Shown here: positions 26,364 through 38,600 of the stretch, one piece after another
Layout: every line of letters begins with the position of its first letter
Position numbering within the stretch: the stretch's first letter is position 1
Notes under the pieces: model-generated
The model's database searches: none
Told to the model about the DNA's origin: nothing
What the model saw: only the letters and a program-made list of their open reading frames with translations
Position numbers and translations under genes: made by a program
Source: Lytechinus pictus
Taxonomy: Eukaryota
NCBI RefSeq assembly: GCF_037042905.1
Contig: NC_087251.1
Span: forward strand, 29,886,001 to 29,950,000
Direction of reading: 5' to 3'
Length of the DNA: 64,000 bases

Positions 26364-27978
26364 CCCAGGACCAAAATCCAGTTGAAACCAATTAGAGCAA
26401 AACCAATTGAAACCAGTTGGCCAACTGGTTTCAATAGGGGAATTGGAACAACTGGAACCAATTGAAACCAGTTGCCAACTGGTTCCAGTTAAAACCAATT
26501 GGGCAACTGGTTTCAATTGGTTCCAGTTCCAATTTCCCTATTAAAACCAGTTGAATCCAATTGGAGGTAACTGGTTTCAATTGGTTCCAGTTGAAACCAA
26601 TTGGAGGCAACTGGTTTCAACTGGAACCAGTTGAAACTAACTGGTTTCCAACTGGATCCAATTGGAACTTCCAGTTGGAATGACTTAATTAGTTACAAAT
26701 TAATTAGAATTTGCACCAACTATTGCTCATGCCAACAAAGAAGCAGTGCTATATGTCTACAATACCATTGTAAAGTGCATTGATAAAATAGACTTTCATA
26801 ATGTATATATTTACATGAAAGATCTTCAAATATATGTATTTGCATTTGATGTAATTTGGTAACAGTTAGTGGTGTACTAATTATCTTATAATCTGTTTTA
26901 ATTATAATCTATAACATTTATGAACATGGTTTTCACTGCTAAGCATTCTAAACACTTATCTGAAACAAGTATGGTACTTGAAATAGAAAAGAATTAAATA
27001 GATACATTTTAAATGATGATGAATCACATAAAAACATTAATCTGTGCACACTGGCAGATAATATGCAAATTAACTGGTTTCAATTGGAACCAGTTGGGTA
27101 ACTGGAAAATTTCCAATTGGAAACCAATTGGAAGTCATTTCCAGTTACCCAACTGGATCCAGTTAGGATTTCCAGTTACCCAACTGGTTCCAGTTAGGAT
27201 TTCCAGTTACCCAACTGGTTCCAGTTAGGATTTCCAGTTACCCAACTGGTTCCAGTTAGAAATCATTTCCAGTTGGAAGTCATTTCCAGTTACCCAACTG
27301 GTTCCAGTTAGTATTTCCAGTTACCCAACTGGTTCCAGTTAGGATTTCCAGTGACCCAACTGGTTCCAGTTAGGATTTCCAGTTACCCAACTGGTTCCAG
27401 TTAGGATTTCCAGTTACCCAACTGGTTCCAGTTAGAAATCATTTCCAGTTGGAAGTCATTTCCAGTTACCCAACTGGTTCCAGTTAGGATTTCCAGTTAC
27501 CCAACTGGTTCCAGTTAGGATTTCCAGTTACCCAACTGGATCCAGTTAGGATTTCCAGTTACTCAACTGGTTCCAGTTAGAAATCATTTCCAGTTGGAAG
27601 TCATTTCCAGTTACCCAACTGGTACCAGTTAGGATTTCCAGTTACCCAACTGGTTCCAGTTAGAAATCATTTCCAGTTGGAAGTCATTTCCAGTTACCCA
27701 ACTGGTTCCAGTTAGGATTCCCAGTTACCCATACTGGTTCCAGTTAGAAATCATTTCCAGTTGGAAGTCATTTCCAGTTACCCAACTGGTTCCAGTTAGG
27801 ATTTCCAGTTGCCCAACGGGTTCCAGTTAGGATTTCCAGTTGCCCAACTGGTTTCAATTGGTTTCAACTGGAAATTTTTATATTCCAGTTAAAACCAATT
27901 GAAACCAGTTGAAACCAATTGAAACCAATTGAAACCAGTTGGAAATCCAACTGGTTTCAATTGGATTTTGGTCCTGGG
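26364..27978. mobile_element. EnSpm/CACTA-like non-autonomous element with an internal 31-bp minisatellite
   Basis: TIR cccaggaccaaaatcca / tggattttggtcctggg; 2-bp TSD TA; dense ccagtt/aactgg subterminal repeats; unit ccagttacccaactggttccagttaggattt arrayed at ~27140-27850. Confidence 0.8.
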
Positions 27979-29459
27979 TAGCTTGACGAATGAAATCCCC
28001 GGTCTTCTGTCTTCGTTTTCCAGACACCCAACAACAGGTTTGGAAAACGAAGACCGAAGACCGGGGACATGCGTAATGTCAATGGTAGTAAAATAGTTGC
28101 AAACGCCAGTTGAGTTGAGTCTGCTTGTACGTGATTGCGCAGTATGAGGTGTATTGTATGCAAGTTTTCAGTTTTATGACAGTTTTCAGAATTGCAATGG
28201 CTGAATTCCGTGGGTGAAATATGTACGTTATCCTTAATATCATGCCCTAGCTGATAACGATATTCACACAAATAACCATAACTTATCCGCAGCCAATCAT
28301 AGCTGATGACGTATCCAAGATCAGAATATTCTTGAACTGGTGCTGAATATTATAGGCCTATCTTAGCTAGACGAATACGCAATCCCCGGTCTTCTGTCTT
28401 CGTTTTCCAGACACCCAACAACAGGTTTGGAAAACGAAGACCGAAGACCGGGGACATGCGTAATGTCAATGGTAGTAAAATAGTTGCAAACGCCAGTTGA
28501 GTTGAGTCTGCTTGTACGTGATTGCGCAGTATGAGGTGTATTGTATGCAAGTTTTCAGTTTTATGACAGTTTTCAGAATTGCAATGGCTGAATTCCGTGG
28601 GTGAAATATGTACGTTATCCTTAATATCATGCCCTAGCTGATAACGATATTCACACAAATAACCATAACTTATCCGCAGCCAATCATAGCTGATGACGTA
28701 TCCAAGATCAGAATATTCTTAAACTGGAGCTGAATATTATAGGCCTATCTTAGCTAGACGAATACGCAATCCCCGGTCTTCTGTCTTCGTTTTCCAGACA
28801 CCCAACAACAGGTTTGGAAAACGAAGACCGAAGACCGGGGACATGCGTAATGTCAATGGTAACGGTATAAAATAGTTGCAAAAGCGGGGTTGAGTTAGTC
28901 TACAACTGTAGACCCACATCTGCAGTGTGTGTATCACAGCTGATTCAAGGAGTCTGCATAGCAGACTAGGTCTACTAGAGCCTGCAGATCTGGGTCTACA
29001 ACATGTTTGACCAATGTACACGAAACGTGTACACAAGGCGGAGCTTGCTGAAACCCTCCGTTGCCAGTAGATACCATAATTGACAGCAGATTTGTGGAAG
29101 TAGGGGCAAGAGAGGGATTAGGATCCAGCTGTTCTGACCATTTCTTATCTTGTGGAATTTAAACAAATAGGGTATACCCCTCTTTCACTTTTGGGGCTTG
29201 CTACATACACATAGGATCCATATACATGCATAGATACATATATGAATGTACTTGAGTAGTCAGGAGATGGAATGGTTTGGATGATAGGTCCATGATGATA
29301 CCAAAGTCTGTAATAGCTCATGGTTATAATAGCATAGGGCATGTTTTGAAACATTTTTTGTTACAGCAAGGAACGTGTATGGAACTAATACAGTATATGA
29401 ATGTGTAGAAGATGCCCTGATCACCCCCCGGGTCTTTTATAAGTGACATGGAATAAACC

Positions 29460-29810
29460 TTGTCTTTTTCTCTCTTTCTCTTCCTTTCTTTCCTTTTTTT
29501 CTTTTTTCCTCTTTTCATTCTTCTTGATTTTTTTTTTTTTCCTCTTTTCTTCTCTTTTGTTTTCTTTCTTTTTTCTCTCTTCTTTTTCTCTTTATATCTT
29601 CCTTTCTTTCCTTTCCTTTCTTCCTTTTTCTTTCTTTCATTCATTCATTTTTTCCTTCCTTTTTTTCATTTTTATCTCTTTCTCTCTCTCTCTCTTTCTT
29701 TCTTTCATTCTTTCCCTTCCTCCTCCTTTCTTATTTTTTCTAATTTTATTTTCATTTTTATTTCATTTGCTCTCTCATTCTTCTTCCTTTCCTCCAATGT
29801 CCTGTTTTTT
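29460..29810. repeat. CT-rich low-complexity tract
   Basis: Read directly; source of spurious K/R- and F/S-rich ORFs. Confidence 0.85.
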
Positions 29811-29877
29811 TAAATGTTATTTATCATCATACGTGTATCTTTATCATTTCTACAATATAATGGAACTGATTGATTAA

Positions 29878-30470
29878 AGGACAAGTCCACCCCAACAAAA
29901 CTTGATTTGAATAAAAAGAGAAAAATTCAGCAATCATAACACTGAAAATTTCATCAAAATCGGATGTAAAATAAGAAAGTTATGACATTTAAAAGTTTCG
30001 CTTCATTTCACAAAACAGTTTGATATGCACATCTCGGTCGGTATGCAAATGAGGGAACTGATGACATCACTCACTCACTATTTCTTTTGTATTTTATTAT
30101 ATGAAATGTGAAATATTTTTATTTTCTTGTCATTGTCATATGGTGAAATGAAGTTTCATTCCTCCCTGAACACGTTCAACATTTTATGCTTCAGACAAAG
30201 AGGTCCTAATCATCAAATTCGTAAAAATTGAAATATTGTGTAATTCAAACAATAAAAAACAAAAGAAATATTGAGTGAGTGACATCATCGACTCTCTCAT
30301 TTGGATGTAACTGGCTCGTTCATATAACTATTTTGTTAAAAATAAGCGAAACTTGGAAATGTCATAACTTTCTTATTTTACATCCGATTTTGATGAAATT
30401 TTCAGCCTTGTGCTTGTCTGATCTTTCTCTATTGATTCAAATCAACATTTTTCTGAGGTAGACTTGACCT
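29878..30470. mobile_element. Kolobok-like MITE family A copy 3 (opposite orientation)
   Basis: ttaa|aggacaagtccacccc ... gacttgacct|ttaa. Confidence 0.8.
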
Positions 30471-31000
30471 TTAATGAACCAAACCGTTTTCTAAAGTACA
30501 AAATAAGAAATTATATGAAATTTTAGCGTGCAACATTAACCTTATGTACTACTCACATAAGATATGACTTGTTCACCGGCCTTTCTTATACCCTCTTTAT
30601 TTCTTCCCCTTCCTTTCCTTCTTGTTATCTTTTCTTTCTCTTTCTCTTTGTCTCTTTTCTTCTTTTCCGTTCCTTCTTCTTACATCTTAATAAATTAAGT
30701 TTTGTTTGCCCTGCCATTAGCATTTAGTTTCACATTTTCTTTATAATTCTATTCTTTCGACTTCAATGTTTCCTTCTTCATTAAGCCTATTGTGAATGTT
30801 TTTCAAAGCCGTGTACATAATCGTAAAAATGACCATATGACTGTGATTTTTTGCGTCATCAGCCCCCCCCCCTACTTTGAAAACCATTTCCACGGCCCCT
30901 GAAATATACACTGTTCATCATCACACCGGACACCTCGGGCCCACCCTGGATCCGCCTATGAAATGCATATTTTTTTTAGAAGAAGTAGCATACACTACAG

Positions 31001-31292
31001 CAGTGGCGTACCTAGGATTTTCCACAGGAGGGGAAAATTTGCCCGCCAAAAAATTTGACAAGCAAAAAAAAAAGAAAGAAAAGGTCCTCAATCGAAAATA
31101 AAGGTTTTCGTACCAGAAAAAATATTGACATGCAAAAAAAAAAAGGCCTTCAAGTTTGTCAGGGGGGGGGGGGGGGGCAATAAAGGTCTTTCAAGCTCGT
31201 CAGGGGGGGGGGCAGGGATATGTCTTTTGTATGGGTTGTGGCTCGTCAGGGGGGGGGCAGATTGCCCCCCCCCCCCCGTAGGTACGCTAGTG
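31001..31292. mobile_element. Small hAT-like MITE
   Basis: cagtggcgtaccta / taggtacgctagtg; 8-bp TSD cactacag (30993-31000, 31293-31300). Confidence 0.8.
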
Positions 31293-31646
31293 CACTACAG
31301 CCAATATAACTGGTAAGCACATATTTAACAGACAACAACAAAAAATTACCTACTTTCCACAATTCAAATCCAACAAATTAATATTTTGAAACAAAATAAT
31401 TATCCTTCAAAGCAATGGGGCATAGTACATGTAAGCAGTTTGCACTAATGAGTAAAGCATCAAGGCATATAGCTCCCGGGCATACCAATATGCAACTTTC
31501 ACATCTTTGGCATCGACATTGCATGTGTTGACAAAGCTAATTGTTTTCATATTCAGTTCATTCAGCAGGATTGGCTGATTTAAATCACGTTGATTTTAAT
31601 CGCGATTTAAATCACTGTGATCATTTTTTTCAAATCATTGATTTAA

Positions 31647-32404
31647 AGGTCATATCCACCCCAGAAAAAAAGAGTTTAATTGAATAAACATAGAGAAAAA
31701 TCAAACAAGAATAACGCTGGAAACTACATCAAAATCGGATGTAAAATAGTTTATGATAACATTTTTAAGTTTCGCTTATTTTTCACAAAACAGATGGGTG
31801 TTTTATAAAGCTGTTCGTAAGTTAAGAGCGACTTTAAGAACGATTTGAGATCCTTTCTTGTGGTAAATTGTATATACATTGGCGATGGTTTATCGCGTAA
31901 GAAGTGTTCACCAGTCGTTCTTTAAGTCGCTCTTAACTTGTGAACAGCTTTATGAAACGGCCCCCAGTTATAATGACAATTCAGTGATATGAAAATTAGA
32001 GAGTCAATGATGTCACTCACTCACTATTGCTTTTGCATTTTTACTGTTTGAATTATACAACATTTCAATTTTTACGAATTTAACAAATAGGACCCTCTTG
32101 TTTGAACTACTAAATGTTAAAACAATGTAATCCCACATGGTCAGGGAGGAATGATTTTTTTTCATAAAAATATTTCATATTTCACATAATAAAATACAAC
32201 AAAAAAATGAGTGATGTCATCGCCATAATTTGCATACCGACAAGGATTTGCATATAACCACGGTTTTGTGAAATTAAGCAAAAATTTTAATCGTCATTAC
32301 TTTCTTCTTTTAGATCGGATTTTGATGAAATTTTCAGCGTTATGCTTGTCTGATTTTCTCTTACTATTCAAAGCAGCTTTTTGTTGGGGTGCATGACTTT
32401 TCCT
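31647..32404. mobile_element. Kolobok-like MITE family A copy 4, carrying a ~170-bp palindromic MITE (~31796-31966)
   Basis: ttaa|agg...cct|ttaa; inner arms aagctgttcgtaagttaagagcgac / gtcgctcttaacttgtgaacagctt. Confidence 0.75.
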
Positions 32405-33316
32405 TTAAATCATTTCCATTGAAACATGTACAAATTATTTGGGATTTTTTATTGTTTGTGGCAGTTTTACTTTTTAAATTAAAAAGAAAAAGATTTTACC
32501 AACTTTATATCATGAGAACAGGAATAAATCCTTCATATCTACTCAGAACAATTGAAATCAAATCAATGAAATCAAGTCAATCTTGCAAAACCAAAGATGA
32601 ACATGTAGCCTACATTATATGCGACCCCTACTCAACTTGTATGTATGAGTAGACTTTGTTAATAGTAAAACAAATTTCTTGTTTCTTTATGTCAAAATTC
32701 AAAAGTGTTTTAGAGGGCAGTTTTCAAGAAAGTAAAGGAACTCTGAACTTATTAGGCTGAATCTCAACATGATAGATTTTTGCCAGGATGGGTTATAACC
32801 ATGGATCCTATACTAGAAAAAGCCTGTTCAGACATTCTGAGTAGGATTGTGCTTCATTCAGCCAGTTCACTGAAAAAGGTTCAGTAATTAAGTACATGTA
32901 CATTTATTTTAAAATATGTATGAATGTTCTTGGCAAAGGGCACCAACATGACTAAATCATAACAACTATACATTTTAGTGCCCTTTGCCAAAATGATTTA
33001 TGTTTGTACATTTTTAAGTGAATATTTTGAATTGAGTACAATAAAAGTAAAAATCGGCAACGTCCCTGCTTACCCAATACACCGATATTTTAACATTTCT
33101 ATTCCTTTACATGTTCCTGTATTCAAATAAATAGGCCGACACAGTAGTATAAGGGAACCCGTTTTCTTATTTTAGCAAAACTGCTGCTAAAATACTAGTT
33201 TTCCAGTTTATTGTAAACGAAATCATTTAAATCAACTTGCAAGTTTGTCAAAACTTTGCAAGCCAATGCTTTGAAACAGTCAAATAGTTCCAACTATGGC
33301 TCAAAGAAGAACTTAA

Positions 33317-33914
33317 AGGAATTGTCCAGGCTGGAGAAATTATGATACATGTATCAATAAATAAAGTAAAATTCACAGAGTAAAATACTGAAATTTGATC
33401 AAAATCGGATAACAAATAACAAAGTTATTGAATTTTAAAGATTTCTTTTCGATTATTCCGGTAAAACATTTCTAGGCATGTCTTCATGAATATCCGTTAG
33501 TTGGGCTTATGATGGCATATCTCCACTTGTTCTTTTAATTATGATTATGTGAAATTAGGTTTATTAAAAAGAAATTTACCAAGAACTAAAAACAATTGAA
33601 TTGGCAACTAATTAAGTACATTAGTTATTTATTGCCGCAACTTATTTCATCATAATGGAGACACATTATTTACACATGTATAAAAAAAAATGAAACAATT
33701 ATGATTTCATGTTATAAGAAAAAGGAAAGAGGGGATGTGACATCATCAACCCACCAAATGAACATTCATGACGATGTAAATATAACTGTTTTCACAAAAT
33801 ACTGATAAACTTTAAAATACAATAACTTTGTTATTTGTCATCCAATTTTGGTGAAATTTTCATCATTTTACTCTATTTATTTAGATCTGAATATTTTCAG
33901 CCCGGTCCATTCCT
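33317..33914. mobile_element. Kolobok-like MITE family B copy 2
   Basis: ttaa|aggaat...attcct|ttaa; body homologous to 21788-22365. Confidence 0.7.
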
Positions 33915-34899
33915 TTAAGGTTGATACAAACAAAAATAAATGCAGTCGGTCAAAGCTTTGAAAGCCAATGCTTTGAAAAGAACAACTTGGGGTTGAAACA
34001 AACAAAAGATAAATGCAGTTTTCTTTAACATGTATGATCTTCAATCCTTGACCTGAAAATAAAATTTAAAAAATATATCTCTTTGGAGAACTTGAATCTC
34101 TGAGTCATGGAATTCTTCCAAATAAACTGATCCTCATTAAATACCAAGAGCTTTGAAAATGAGCACCAACTTTGCATGTTTGCAGCATTAGCTGTACCAA
34201 GACAGTTATGTACTTTAGACACAGCAGAAAATGTCAGCTTCTTTATGGCTTTAATATTTTCTATAAATTATATTTTGACTGGATTTGATTATGAAATAGT
34301 TAAGAATAATTTTGGTGGTGAAATGCATAATTTTAAAATTGATGTCAGTGTGAAGGGTTATATTTTGGGTGTTTGCACTTTGTTAAAAAAAATTTGTTAG
34401 AAAAAATCAGATTGAAATTAAAAAAAATCTGATTTAAATCAAATAGATCCGATTTAGGTTTATATAAAAAAATTGCCAACATTTTCATTCAGCATACTTT
34501 TGAGTTTGAAAGTACCTGATTATCACATACATTATGGCTGGCATAAAAACACTTTTAATACAAAGGTGAACGAATGTTGCTGGGCATGACAACTTACACA
34601 AGGCTAATTAAGGCTAATTAATATCAAACTGAGCTAACATAACAGTAAAACAGGTTGAATACAGTAGCATGGAGAAGTGACTACAAATACAAGGTCCAAT
34701 CAAGAAACTATGGTTAGAAGTTAATTCCAAACAGGAACAAAATAAAACATAGCTATCCTGTTTGATTAAAAGTATGATAGTTTACAAACTTACAATCGTG
34801 AAATTTAAGATTTTCATTTTGTAAACTATCATATTTGATATTTAAGTTCTGAATTTTATGAGAATGGTGTTTTTGAGTTTGATATTTTGGGTTTTAAGT

Positions 34900-35661
34900 A
34901 CCATATGATAAAAGTTTTAAGGAATACTGGTTTAATTTACAAACTTAAGCTTAGTTTGCTTCATAAAAATCTGATAACTTTATACCATTCCATGATTTTC
35001 TCTTATTTAAAATATTGCAATACCAATGTATCCTCATATAAATTGGACTCAATATTCAAAAGAAATGTTTAAGAATAATTACCTATTCTAATAGCACCAT
35101 CCGCACCTTTATTTAATAAGCGAGAACTCACAATATTTATCTATAAGTTCAAGAAGAGGTAGTTGTTACCCATGTAGTTTTCAGATCTTTTTCAATGCAA
35201 TAATCAAGTTCATAACCATAATACCCGTTCTTCCAATAAATTTCATTTATGGTCTATTAGGTCTATAGTCACGAAGCTGAGTTATGTAGGTCCCAAACGA
35301 TGGAATGAGATTCCCCAAATAATAACTAATTCACAATTTATATATTCTTTTAGAAAACAGTATTCAAATTTTCTAGTAAATTATTATTAATTCTCACACA
35401 TGATATCAATGCATACTTGTAACGTATCTACCCCCCTCAACTCGTGTTTTTTTTCCTCCTTTTTATATACACTATTAACTATAATGATATGATATTCTGT
35501 TTTGTATTAATGTTGTTTTGTTTTTACTATGTTTTGGCGAGCCTCACATGTTTCTTATTACCTTCATGGGAAGCCACGCAATTTATTTTTATTATCTAAT
35601 CACATTATTTGATGTTTCCTTGTATTTTTATCCTATTTGCGAAATAAAGATTGAATTGAAT
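34900..35661 (+). pseudogene. 5'-truncated L2/CR1-group LINE: ORF2 C-terminus, 3' UTR and tail
   Basis: GLIYKLK...LITLYHSMIFSYLKYCN, HNHNTRSS and WNEIP motifs; ends aataaagattgaattgaa. Confidence 0.75.
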
Positions 35662-38600
35662 AGAATATATATAGAGAGCTATGATAAAACCATCCACTAT
35701 TTTGGGCCATGGAGCAAGGTTTTGGCCATACATGCAGCTGCTCAGTGGAATGTCATACGTAAACACTGTCTGATGGCCTGAGCGAGGGTATTACATAATA
35801 ACCCTGCTCATGGCTCTGTGGTTGAAGTAGGGGATTATCTATACTCCTCAGTGGTCATAAAATTTGGTTTACAGACAGATGAAGTTATCCAATGAAAGCT
35901 CTCTGAAATTTTGGGTGGGTGGGACTTATTTTGACCGTGGGAACAAGATTTCCAAAGAAGAAGCAGACTCTGAAATGGCTCGCTTCGCTCGCCCTTTCAG
36001 GCTGGTTTGCTTCGCAAACCAGCTGCAGATCCCACTTCACGAGCCATTCAGAGTCTGCATAGCAGACTAGGGTTGAGTGGACTCTGCTTGTACGTGATTG
36101 CGCAGTATGAGGTGTATTGTATGCAAGTTTTCAGTTTTATGACAGTTTTCAGAATTGCAATGGCTGAATTCCGTGGGTGAAATATGTACGTTATCCTTAA
36201 TATCATGCCCTAGCTGATAACGATATTCACACAAATAACCATAACTTATCCGCAGCCAATCATAGCTGATGACGTATCCAAGATCAGAATATTCTTAAAC
36301 TGGAGCTGAATATTATAGGCCTATCTTAGCTAGACGAATACGCAATCCCCGGTCTTCTGTCTTCGTTTTCCAGACACCCAACAACAGGTTTGGAAAACGA
36401 AGACCGAAGACCGGGGACATGCGTAATGTCAATGGTAGTATAAAATAGTTGCAAACGCCAGTTGAGTTGAGTCTGCTTGTACGTGATTGCGCAGTATGAA
36501 GTGTATTGTATGCAAGTTTTCAGTTTTATGACAGTTTTCAGAATTGCAATGGCTGAATTCCGTGGGTGAAATATGTACGTTATCCTTAATATCATGCCCT
36601 AGCTGATAACGATATTCACACAAATAACCATAACTTATCCGCAGCCAATCATAGCTGATGACGTATCCAAGATCAGAAAATTCTTAAACTGGAGCTGAAT
36701 ATTATAGGCCTATCTTAGCTAGACGAATACGCAATCCCCGGTCTTCTGTCTTCGTTTTCCAGACACCCAACAACAGGTTTGGAAAACGAAGACCGAAGAC
36801 CGGGGACATGCGTAATGTCAATGGTAGTAAAATAGTTGCAAACACCAGTTGAGTTGAGTCTGCTTGTACGTGATTGCGCAGTATGAGGTGTACGTATGCA
36901 AGTTTTCAGTTTTATGACAGTTTTCAGAATTGCAATGGCTGAATTCCGTGGGTGAAATATGTACGTTATCCTTAATATCATGCCCTAGCTGATAACGATA
37001 TTCACACAAATAACCATAACTTATCCGCAGCCAATCATAGCTGATGACGTATCCAAGATCAGAATATTCTTAAACTGGAGCTGAATATCATAGGCCCATC
37101 TTAGCTAGACGAATACGCAATCCCCGGTCTTCTGTCTTCGTTTTCCAGACACCCAACAACAGGTTTGGAAAACGAAGACCGAAGACCGGGGACATGCGTA
37201 ATGTCAATGGTAACGGTATAAAATAGTTGCAAACGCCAGTTGAGTTGACTCTGCTTGTACGTGATTGCGCAGTATGAGGTGTATTGTATGCAAGTTTTCA
37301 GTTTTATGACAGTTTTCAGAATTGCAATGGCTGAATTCCGTGGGTGAAATATGTACGTTATCCTTAATATCATGCCCTAGCTCATAACGATATTCACACA
37401 GATAACCATAACTTATCCGCAGCCAATCATAGCTGATGACGTATCCAAGATCAGAATATTCTTAAACTGGAGCTGAATATCATAGGCCCATCTTAGCTAG
37501 ACGAATACGCAATCCCCGGTCTTCTGTCTTCGTTTTCCAGACACCCAACAACAGGTTTGGAAAACGAAGACCGAAGACCGGGGACATGCGTAATAATGTC
37601 AATGGTAGTAAAATAGTTGCAAACGCCAGTTGAGTTGAGTCTGCTTGTACGTGATTGCGCAGTATGAGGTGTATTGTACGCAAGTTTTCAGTTTTATGAC
37701 AGTTTTCAGAATTGCAATGGCTGAATTCCGTGGGTGAAATATGTACGTTATCCTTAATATCATGCCCTAGCTGATAACGATATTCACACAAATAACCATA
37801 ACTTATCCGCAGCCAATCATAGCTGATGACGTATCCAAGATCAGAATATTCTTGAACTGGTGCTGAATATTATAGGCCTATCTTAGCTAGACGAATACTC
37901 AATCCCCGGTCTTCTGTCTTCGTTTTCCAGACACCCAACAACAGGTTTGGAAAACGAAGACCGAAGACCGGGGACAAGCGTAATGTCAATGGTAGTATAC
38001 AATAGTTGCAAACGCCAGTTGATCCTGCTTGTACGTGATTGCGCAGTATGAGGTGTATTGTATGCAAGTTTTTAGTTTTATGACAGTTTTCAGAATTGCA
38101 ATGGCTGAATTCCGTGGGTGAAATATGTACGTTATCCTTAATATCATGCCCTAGCTGATAACGATATTCACACAAATAACCATAACTTATCCGCAGCCAA
38201 TCATAGCTGATGACGTATCCAAGATCAGAATATTCTTGAACTGGTGCTGAATATTATAGGCCTATTTTAGCTAGACGAATACGCAATCCCCGGTCTTCTG
38301 TCTTCGTTTTCCAGACACCCAACAACAGGTTTGGAAAACGAAGACCGAAGACCGGGGACATGCGTAATGTTAATGGTAGTAAAATAGTTGCAAACGCCAG
38401 TTGAGTTGAGTCTGCTTGTACGTGATTGCGCAGTATGAGGTGTATTGTATGCAAGTTTTCAGTTTTATGACAGTTTTCAGAATTGCAATGGCTGAATTCC
38501 GTGGGTGAAATATGTACGTTATCCTTAATATCATGCTCTAGCTGATAACGAAATTCACACAAATAACCATAACTTATCCGCAGCCAATCATAGCTGATGA

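Larger units (their letters stand above)
31566..34484. mobile_element. Degenerate hAT-like element with gatttaaatc subterminal repeats
   Basis: 8-bp TSD tcattcag (31558-31565, 34485-34492); decayed TIR caggattggc / gccaacattt; gatttaaatc clusters at both ends. Confidence 0.65.
28896..36069. mobile_element. 7174-bp insertion with TAGTCT...AGACTA ends and 9-bp TSD (AcademH-like, non-autonomous)
   Basis: gggttgagt duplicated at 28887-28895 and 36070-36078; the 387-bp unit resumes in register after it; subterminal hairpins at both ends. Confidence 0.75.

Noticed and set aside
29324..29877. K/R-rich and F/S/L-rich ORFs (also near 22915, 24825 and 25779)
   Set aside because: Translations of CT-rich and poly-A low-complexity tracts.
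32787..32878. Exon-like segment (MDPILEKACSDILSRIVLHSASSLKK)
   Set aside because: Lies inside nested transposons and does not fit the phase-2 exon chain.
17857..38562. Many near-identical ~102-aa ORFs (MCEYRYQLGHDIK...) suggesting a tandem gene family
   Set aside because: They start at TTG, are translations of the 387-bp repeat, shift frame freely between units and lack splice or domain support.
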